Shown here piece after piece: positions 25,388 to 32,000 of a DNA stretch of 32,000 nucleotides; positions within the stretch are counted from its first letter, which is position 1; the number at the start of each line of letters is the position of its first letter. The stretch is taken from contig NC_013849.1 of assembly GCF_000025505.1 (NCBI RefSeq), positions 2,040,001-2,072,000 on the forward strand, read 5' to 3'. The DNA is from Ferroglobus placidus DSM 10642 (GTDB lineage: Archaea; Halobacteriota; Archaeoglobi; Archaeoglobales; Archaeoglobaceae). Below the pieces are notes generated by a model. That model had not been told where the DNA came from and ran no database searches. It worked only from the letters and a program-made list of their open reading frames with translations. The position numbers and the translations under genes are program-made.

Positions 25388-26827
25388 CTATATTTTTTTC
25401 ATCATCTTTAATTCACTTATTTTTTGGCTGATTAATATTTTCTCTTCTTTGCTCCTTAGGTCGCTTAGCCAAGCAAATAATCTTTCTTTGAGATCTTTAA
25501 CAATTTCGGGTCTATCTTCAACAATATTCTGAACTTCCTTTGGATCACTCTTTAGGTGATAAAGTTCTTCAATCCCTCCGTGAATTACACCACAATATCT
25601 ACATGTCGCAGCTTCTTTTGAGGGAGAATATATATACTTCCATTTTTTAGTTCTGATAGCCATTTTCCTTTCAGTATAAGACTCTTCAGCAACTATGAAA
25701 GAGCGAGGAGAGTTTGTTTCTCCACTCATTACTGGAACTAAAGATTCACCGTCAAATTCAGATCTATTAAACGGGATATTTAAAACATCTAAGATAGTAG
25801 GTACAACATCAACATGTTGAACAAAATCTTTAATCCTCTTTCGCTCAAAATCGAGTGGTATATTACTGAAAATTAAAGGAACATGTATGGACACATCATA
25901 CAAACCATGGTGATCAAAAAAATCCCATGTTCTGTTAAACTTTCTCCATGATCAGAGGTTATTACAAAAATTGTATTATCATAAATCCTCTTATCTTTGA
26001 GAAAATCTATTAATCTTCCAATCTCTTGATCAACATATCTTATTGCTGAATCGTACATTGCAATCACTTCTTCAGCAGTTGTTTGCTCCCCAAAAGCCTT
26101 CAGTAAATAGTCTTTCCACTCTTTATTGTTTATATTTGTGAGCAATTCTTTTAATTCTTTACTCTTCCCTTTTCTCTTGGGTTTAAATTCAGTATAAATA
26201 TCTTCTGGAGCACTATAAGGTGTGTGTATCCCAATAATGTATGAAAAGAAAGAAAGGTTTATCACAGTTACTAATGAGTTTTAATGCTGTATCAGTTAAT
26301 TCAGTTGCAGCATAAGTAGATGGCAAAATATTCTTATTTCTAATCTTTTTAATGAGTTCCGTAACTTTACCTGAAAAAGTTTTAGGAAATCGGCTTATAA
26401 TTTTTGAAAATACTACAGATAATGTTGAATGCTTTTTCTGTATAGTATCTCCAAAATAATATTCAAACCCTTTTTTGTGCCATCTGCCAAGCCAGTCTAT
26501 TCCAAAGGTGATATAACCGTTGTCTCTTAATATTTCTGACAAAAACCTAATTTTTCGTTTATAGAACTCCTGAATCATAGAATTTGTAACTTTTGAGCCA
26601 TGATTTCTTATACCGTGAGATATTGGATATTTACCCGAAAGTATTGTGGTAACTGAAGGATCTGTAGCATTAGCACAACTAAAAGCATTTTCGAATAAAA
26701 CACCTTCATTGACCAACTTATCTATGTTGGGGCTGGTCTTTTTTGTGTAACCATAACAGCCTAAATGGTCTGCTCTAAGAGCATCTATTATTATCATGAC
26801 AACATTACTTTTTATCATTAACATCAC
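25388..26827 (-). pseudogene. Sulfatase / phosphoglycerol-transferase-like protein, disrupted by two frameshifts
   Basis: ORFs 26213..26827 (MIIIDALRADHLGCYGYTKKTSPNIDKL...HYWDTHTL), 25873..26265 (IHTPYSAPEDIY...FVITSDHGESLTEHG) and 25388..25903 (YDVSIHVPLIFSNIP...KWKYIYSP...ELYHLKSDPKEVQNI) together form one complete sulfatase. Confidence 0.92.
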
Positions 26828-26852
26828 CTATTGTTTTATAGCCTCAGTATTT

Positions 26853-27620
26853 TTAAACAAATAAAATTCCAATTCCATATCCCCCGTGATTCCAATCTTT
26901 GACGATCTCTTGGTATTTGTATCTTTCTCTTATTTCTTGCCAGAATTTTGGAACTCCTCCGACATTATCTTCTGGGCCAGGAACTATATCATGAAAAGCA
27001 ACTATGCCACCTTTTCTAACAATGGGCGAATACATTTCAAAATCTTTTTTAACACCTTCATAAGTGTGATCTCCATCGATAAATAGAAATTCTATCTTTC
27101 GTCCATTAAGAATTCTACTAACAGTATCTAAAGTTTTTGGATCGTGAGAATCAGCTCTTATCAAGTGGATTTTTTGGTCTGGCAAAGCAAACGCTTTATA
27201 GAGTGGGACTTTCCAGTCAGGATAACCACCCCCGAATTTTCCGCCTGGTAAGTCTATACTTATGATCGTTGCATCTCTTGCAACTACTCGCGTGAACAAG
27301 AATAACGTTCCACCGTTTGCTGTTCCTATTTCTAGGATAACCTTGGGTTTTCTATCTGATAACAGTTTCAGAAGTTCTGTTATCTCCTCTTTAACCTGCA
27401 TAGGTCTGATTAAACCGGATAACCAGCTAAACGAAAAATCTACAAGTTCTTCAATCGAATTAAATTTGATTCCTTTAATTTTTCGTATAGCATAAGGTAT
27501 GATAAGTCTATGATACTTCTCTCTGAGATTCAACTTGAATTTTACGAAATCCCAGCTTTTCCTTGCGAGTGCTGAAAGTCCTTCATTTTTTGCTATTTCT
27601 ACTGCTCTATCGATCGACAT
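26853..27620 (-). CDS. SAM-dependent methyltransferase (CmcI / methyltransferase 24-like)
   Basis: 255 aa; PKVILEIGTANGGTLFLFTRVV, EFLFIDGDHTYEGVKKDFEMYSPIVRKGGIVAFHDIV. Confidence 0.87.
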   Translation of the reverse strand: MSIDRAVEIAKNEGLSALARKSWDFVKFKLNLREKYHRLIIPYAIRKIKGIKFNSIEELVDFSFSWLSGLIRPMQVKEEITELLKLLSDRKPKVILEIGTANGGTLFLFTRVVARDATIISIDLPGGKFGGGYPDWKVPLYKAFALPDQKIHLIRADSHDPKTLDTVSRILNGRKIEFLFIDGDHTYEGVKKDFEMYSPIVRKGGIVAFHDIVPGPEDNVGGVPKFWQEIRERYKYQEIVKDWNHGGYGIGILFV

Positions 27621-28627
27621 CTATCATCAACCTCGATATTGCATTCTTTAAACAATTGGCAATATGCCTCTTCCATTTTAAGTTGATATTTTTCACTTAC
27701 TAATGCCAAACTGCACAACCATATATAGTATCCTCCAACATTGTTTCTTCCCAATCTTTTACCGACCCATGATTTACATCCATAATACGACCACATAGCA
27801 CTCGTAAACAGTTTTTGTCTTTGATTTCCATGTCTTGCTAGAGTTAACGTCCAATTTCTATATCCCAATACATCCCACAATTTTTTTAATGGCGTGTTTT
27901 CGCTCCTATTGTTATGTTTACTTAAACTGTAACCTCTCCAATGATACGCTATCGCTGATGGAACAAATTTAGCTTTCCAGCCATGCTTGTAAGCTCTCCA
28001 AGAAAGTTCAACATCTTCACCCATAGACCATAGTTTTTCCCAAAATAAACCAACTCTCTTAAGCATATGAACTCTATATAGGACAGCACATGCACAACAA
28101 CCAATTACGTCAGATAGTTCATCATATTGCCCTTCATCACACTCATTTTGACCTCTGTCGATTACGTACCCTAACCCGTATGTCCAAGAATACTTATCTC
28201 CATATCGGAAGATTAAACCTGTTGTATCAAGGATTTTATCATTCCAAGCTTTGTAAACTTTTGGTTGTACCATTCCTAATTTATCGTACCTTTCCATTTC
28301 TTTAACAAGTTCATATATGCAATCTTCTTCAACCCAAGCGTCGTTGTTAAGTAGAAAAACGTAATCATAACGCTTATTTATTGCCAATTTCATCGCTTGG
28401 TTATTACCTCTACAAAAACCGATGTTTGAATTATTTAAAAATTTGAAATCTATATGACTTTCATTTTTGCTAATCCAGGAAGAATAATTCTCACTCCATC
28501 CATTAAAGACAAGAGAGACATCAACATCGGCATTAACTAAACTTCGTATTGCTTTTTCAGCCATTTTTGTCTCTTTATACGTTATAACTATTCCCAAGAT
28601 CTTTCGATTTTGCATGGAAAATAACAC
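27599..28627 (-). CDS. Glycosyltransferase family 2 (rhamnosyltransferase-like)
   Basis: 342 aa; DFKFLNNSNIGFCRGNNQAMKLAINKRYDYVFLLNNDAWVEEDCI, LWSMGEDVELSWRAYKHGWKAKFVPSAIAYHWRG. Confidence 0.9.
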   Translation of the reverse strand: MLFSMQNRKILGIVITYKETKMAEKAIRSLVNADVDVSLVFNGWSENYSSWISKNESHIDFKFLNNSNIGFCRGNNQAMKLAINKRYDYVFLLNNDAWVEEDCIYELVKEMERYDKLGMVQPKVYKAWNDKILDTTGLIFRYGDKYSWTYGLGYVIDRGQNECDEGQYDELSDVIGCCACAVLYRVHMLKRVGLFWEKLWSMGEDVELSWRAYKHGWKAKFVPSAIAYHWRGYSLSKHNNRSENTPLKKLWDVLGYRNWTLTLARHGNQRQKLFTSAMWSYYGCKSWVGKRLGRNNVGGYYIWLCSLALVSEKYQLKMEEAYCQLFKECNIEVDDRCRSIEQ

Positions 28628-28628
28628 C

Positions 28629-29648
28629 TCAGATTTTAACTAATTCTTCAAACTTCTCCTTAAACTCCCTACCCCTCTTCCCCGGCTCGAACTCCTCAGA
28701 CTCTTTTTTGTATAGCTCCGACATTATTCTTCTTACCTCGCTGTCAAGTTTGAAGTATTCGACTATACCTTCAAAAATTCTGTTGAGCGGTTGTATGAAT
28801 TTGTTACCGTCGTAATTCAAGCCGAACTCTCTTTTAACTTGCTCTTCTACTCTCTCGACTATCTCCTTAGTTCCTGTCATGGTTGAAACAACAACAGGCA
28901 AACCAGCTCTCATCGCCTCGAGCGTTGCTACCGGATAGGCTGAGCATCTTCCGGCGTGAACGAAAAGGCTTGCCTCTTCGAAAACCTCGGAAAGATCTTC
29001 TACGTAGCCCAAAACCTTGACGCCCTCGACCCTTTCATACTCTTTTGGATGCCCTTTTCCGACGATCCAAAGCTCAAGCTCTGGGATTTGCTTTTTCGCT
29101 ATTCTAAATTGTTCTACCAAAACGTCCATGCCTATGCTGAACCTCGGCTGTCCTACAGACACGATTACGTTCGATTCAAGATTTGGCTTGACTTTACCGA
29201 GTTTTTCATAACTGTCTTTTGGAATTGCTGGCCTTACAACTTCGATCGGAACGTCGATTATCTTCTCTGCGTATTCTTTCACAAAGGGAGACACAGCAAT
29301 GGCGGCATCCAAAACCTTAGCGGAAATTCTGTGAATTAGAGTTTCGGCAGTGGAGTAGTGAGGTTGTCTTTCAACGAGATTTATGAAAGTTTCATCCGCC
29401 AAAAGACCTACAACAAATCCATTTTTTCTGAACAACTTCTTCCGCAAATACATCGGAAACATTGGCATTCCGCCCTCAAGTATGTAAACGTCATAATCTG
29501 GATATTCCCTTGCCATTTTTAAACCTTCAACGAACTTCACAAATCCATTAACATCTTTATGATAAGCTGGATAGACATCAGCCTTCACAGCTTCAACGAA
29601 CGGTTCGTGAGCTGGATGCATTCCTGCATAGACGAACAGCACCTTCAT
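28629..29648 (-). CDS. Glycosyltransferase family 4
   Basis: 339 aa; VIVSVGQPRFSIGMDVLVEQFRIAKKQIPELELWIVGKG, FVHAGRCSAYPVATLEAMRAGLPVVVSTMTGTKEIVERV. Confidence 0.88.
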   Translation of the reverse strand: MKVLFVYAGMHPAHEPFVEAVKADVYPAYHKDVNGFVKFVEGLKMAREYPDYDVYILEGGMPMFPMYLRKKLFRKNGFVVGLLADETFINLVERQPHYSTAETLIHRISAKVLDAAIAVSPFVKEYAEKIIDVPIEVVRPAIPKDSYEKLGKVKPNLESNVIVSVGQPRFSIGMDVLVEQFRIAKKQIPELELWIVGKGHPKEYERVEGVKVLGYVEDLSEVFEEASLFVHAGRCSAYPVATLEAMRAGLPVVVSTMTGTKEIVERVEEQVKREFGLNYDGNKFIQPLNRIFEGIVEYFKLDSEVRRIMSELYKKESEEFEPGKRGREFKEKFEELVKI

Positions 29649-29848
29649 TTTAAGATTTGCTAACTCAGGTTGTTTAAAAACGTTTCTTACTTCTCAACAT
29701 AAGCTAAAAATTCGGTGGTGAATGAATTTCGGGCATGTTTTGAAAACAATATTTGATCTAAACGAGCCTTAATTGGCTTAAAATCTTATGCAGATAAATT
29801 AAAGCTCGAACAAAACCTTTATCAACTTTTTTGACCAATTTATCGACT

Positions 29849-30064
29849 ATGCAAGAAACTACCACTCTCGTTGACCTTCTCAAGGAACTCAGAGAAATCA
29901 GGAAAAAACTCGACCGTATTGAGGAGGCAATCGAAGACCTCATCGATTCCACGTTAACTCTGGAAGAGGATGAACTGCTCGAAGAAGTCAAAGAAAAAAT
30001 AGAGAAGGGCGATTTTTCCGAGTTTATTCCGCTCGAAAAACTCGATGAGGCTTTGGAAGAATGA
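29849..30064 (+). CDS. Small antitoxin-like protein of a RelBE-type pair
   Basis: 71 aa; MQETTTLVDLLKELREIRKKLDRIEEAIEDLIDSTLTLEEDELLEEVKEKIEKGDFSEFIPLEKLDEALEE. Overlaps the RelE-like start by 4 bp (ATGA). Confidence 0.7.
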   Translation: MQETTTLVDLLKELREIRKKLDRIEEAIEDLIDSTLTLEEDELLEEVKEKIEKGDFSEFIPLEKLDEALEE

Positions 30065-30315
30065 GCTACAGCGTTTTTCTTCATCCGCAGGTCGTTAAAT
30101 TTCTCAAGAAGATTCCTAAAACGGATGTCGAAAGGATCAAAACTAAACTCGCCGAACTTTCCGATCCTACTCCGTAAAAGCCGTCAAGCTGAAAGGTAAA
30201 GATGCATTCAGAGTTAGGATCGGAGACTACAGAAATTCTCTATACCGTTGATGATTCCAAGAAAGTCGTTGTGGTCTTCAAAATCGATAAGAGAAGCAGA
30301 GTTTATGATCGATAG
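30061..30315 (+). pseudogene. RelE-family toxin, frameshifted
   Basis: Pieces in different frames: MSYSVFLHPQVVKFLKKIPKTDVERIKTKLAELSDPTP*; AVKLKGKDAFRVRIGDYR; RILYTVDDSKKVVVVFKIDKRSRVYDR*. Canonical RelE order. Confidence 0.85.
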
Positions 30316-30395
30316 TTCTCATCAACTGGCTCGGATGCAAATTTGCACCTGATTAAATTAAAGCTTGGACAATAGAACATTTCAGCGAAAGATAG

Positions 30396-30896
30396 CTATA
30401 CGCCTAAGCGTTCTCTTAACCACCGATTGTACTCCTCGAAGATTTTTTCTGGAATGGGGTTCATGACTGGAACATCCCTTACTTTCCGCATTAGCTTTAA
30501 ATCGACAGTGTAAATTGTGGCTTTGAACATTTTGGCTAATGCTACAATGTATCCATCCCAAGACTCAACGCTGTAACCTAAGGCATTCGTTAGCGAATCC
30601 AATGCAGTATCAACGCTGATATCTTCGTAAAAAGCTGGGGATCGAGTTTTCAGCGTTCTCGTAAGGGCTTCGTATGCGGATACCTTTTCTACTTTCAGAT
30701 ATCTTGTCAAAATGTGGTAAGCATCTAAGATTGCTGACATTGGGATTACACACTTCTTCTTCCACTTTAGAACATCCGATAAAAATTCAAGTGCAACATC
30801 TTTGGCCGGATTCTCAAAGTGAGATATCACTATTAGCCCAACATCTATTACTCCTTCAATCCGATCTTTTCCAAACCGTATTTTCTCGTCATCCAT
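30396..30896 (-). CDS. PIN-domain toxin
   Basis: 166 aa; VIDVGLIVISHFENPAKDVALEFLSDVLKWKKKCVIPMSAILDAYHIL, SWDGYIVALAKMFKATIYTVDLKLM. Paired with an AbrB-like gene. Confidence 0.82.
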   Translation of the reverse strand: MDDEKIRFGKDRIEGVIDVGLIVISHFENPAKDVALEFLSDVLKWKKKCVIPMSAILDAYHILTRYLKVEKVSAYEALTRTLKTRSPAFYEDISVDTALDSLTNALGYSVESWDGYIVALAKMFKATIYTVDLKLMRKVRDVPVMNPIPEKIFEEYNRWLRERLGV

Positions 30897-31120
30897 TTTT
30901 CTTCCTCCTCAACTTCAGAAACAAAAGCTTTCGGTGCGTTATTCTTCAAAAATTCAATCAAATCGTCCACCTTTTTCTCAAGATCCTCTCTTTGAACTCT
31001 AATTACTATTTCGTCTTCTCTTACACTCAGCGTAAGCTCGGAGTTCTCGTGAATGCCAAGCCTCTCCCTAATCTCCTTCGGCAGAACTATTCTCCCATAC
31101 CTGTCAACCCTCACTTTCAC
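30848..31120 (-). CDS. AbrB/SpoVT-type (VapB) antitoxin
   Basis: 90 aa; MKVRVDRYGRIVLPKEIRERLGIHENSELTLSVREDEIVIRVQ. Confidence 0.92.
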   Translation of the reverse strand: MKVRVDRYGRIVLPKEIRERLGIHENSELTLSVREDEIVIRVQREDLEKKVDDLIEFLKNNAPKAFVSEVEEEEKWMTRKYGLEKIGLKE

Positions 31121-31227
31121 GTTAAACCATTGGATTGGAAATTTATAAAATTTTTGGCGAATGGCAAGTTGAATGGCAAAAAACTGCTTTTGGTCATTCT
31201 CTGGAACGAATTTACTTCAAAACTTCA

Positions 31228-31499
31228 TTATTTCTTCGCCTGAGCCAAATACAGCGCGTCGTAAATCGGAACGCTTTTCTCGACTGCGGTCTCTAGGGTA
31301 TTATTTTTGCTTTTTCGTCCGAAATACTTCTGTACAGAACGTGGTGCTTCCAGATAGCGTTTAAAACTTCAGCCAGCGCCAGTGTTATAGAACGTAAATC
31401 GCTCTCCTGCAAATATCGCTCAATAGCCGCTCAGTTTTCCTCTCTCAAGACGTATTTGGCGAGAGAAGAGGAGTCAATTACTATCGCGATTCCCCTCTC
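31228..31499 (-). pseudogene. PIN-domain toxin pseudogene
   Basis: Minus strand: ERGIAIVIDSSSLAKYVLREEN*AAIERYLQESDLRSITLALAEVLNAIWKHHVLYRSISDEKAKII, then in another frame LETAVEKSVPIYDALYLAQAKK*. One in-frame stop plus an indel. Confidence 0.8.
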
Positions 31500-31640
31500 A
31501 CGTACTTTTCAGCGGTTCCCTTTTCAGCTCCCGGTAAGTTTGCCAATTAGATGTTGCATTTTGAGTTTACGTGTGTCAGCACAGAAGTTGCTTAAATGCA
31601 ATTGATGAGTTTAAGTGAGAGAGGTAAGAAATAAACAGGC

Positions 31641-32000
31641 TCAGATCTGCCCTAGATACCTTTTCTTCAAATCTTCCAAGACTTCTTCAAGCTTTTTACC
31701 TTTAGCAAGCTTTTCAACTGCTTCTGTGTCCAAAACTAAATACTTGCCACTCTTCAAGCCGTATTTGATCATCTCCTTGTCTCCTGTCCAGATAGGGGCG
31801 TTTAGCTTTAAAGACAGAGCAATAAAAGGAGTGTCACTTTCATCAAATTGCCTTGCTATTTCATAAGCTTCTGGGATTTTGTCAAAATAAACATACTCTC
31901 CGCATATACGAATTCTCTTGGGCAAAACTTGTGTGATTGCAAACCACAAATCCCTCTCGCTAAAATCCGTATATTTGGAGATCTTGTCGTAATGTCTGAG
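31641..32000 (-). CDS. PIN-domain protein, 5' end beyond window edge
   Basis: The open frame continues to the window edge: LRHYDKISKYTDFSERDLWFAITQVL...AYEIARQFDESDTPFIALSLKLNAPIWTGDKEMIKYGLKSGKYLVLDTE, with PIN C-terminal motifs (DTPFIALSL, WTGDKxM). Confidence 0.8.
   Translation of the reverse strand, partial: LRHYDKISKYTDFSERDLWFAITQVLPKRIRICGEYVYFDKIPEAYEIARQFDESDTPFIALSLKLNAPIWTGDKEMIKYGLKSGKYLVLDTEAVEKLAKGKKLEEVLEDLKKRYLGQI

Larger units (their letters stand above)
24543..25431 (+). pseudogene. N-terminal remnant of a polysaccharide flippase (Wzx/RfbX-like), interrupted by the IS1 element and 3'-truncated
   Basis: Excising the IS and one repeat gives MEMRTNQVFQRIARGSEIVFVDTIISAIFFSSSLIHLFFG*. 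'VFQRIARGSxIVFVxTIIS' resembles archaeal flippase N-termini. Confidence 0.6.

Noticed and set aside
29758-30084. 108-aa Ser-rich minus-strand ORF
   Set aside because: Shadow of the Glu/Leu-rich antitoxin on the plus strand.
1-32000. CRISPR array, tRNA or rRNA
   Set aside because: No regularly spaced 24-37 bp repeats and no recognisable tRNA or rRNA sequence was seen by eye. A CRISPR finder, tRNAscan-SE or Infernal run would be decisive.

Overview
The window looks like archaeal DNA, most likely Archaeoglobus or a close relative (inferred from gene content, TATA-like promoters and a 1214-bp ISA1214-type element). A standalone anaerobic CO dehydrogenase catalytic subunit (cooS) sits at the left end. 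The rest is a cell-surface or N-glycan polysaccharide region: glmS plus two tandem GlmU-like genes, divergent from a four-gene WbpE/B/D/A-like block; ugd-galU; dTDP-rhamnose genes rfbA/B/D/C; glycosyltransferases, methyltransferases and a sulfatase. It is heavily interrupted. A complete ISA1214-like element (19995..21208, 9-bp duplication ggcttgcac) splits rfbB cleanly. A complete IS1-family element (24554..25311, 8-bp duplication gagatgag, 24-bp imperfect terminal repeats) sits in the first codons of a truncated flippase-like gene. A TumA/TumE-like pair lies between a truncated 5' copy of rfbC and intact rfbC. The full-length sulfatase carries two apparent repeat-tract frameshifts, and three more sulfatase C-terminal remnants are dispersed through the window. 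At least nine toxin-antitoxin modules or relics (PIN/VapC, DUF3368, RelE, TumE) punctuate the junctions between glycan gene blocks. No tRNA, rRNA or CRISPR array was recognised. The best leads for follow-up are the TA modules embedded in glycan operons, the rfbC duplication around the TumE module, the two precisely mapped ISs, and previously unlisted gene fragments in nominal intergenic DNA.
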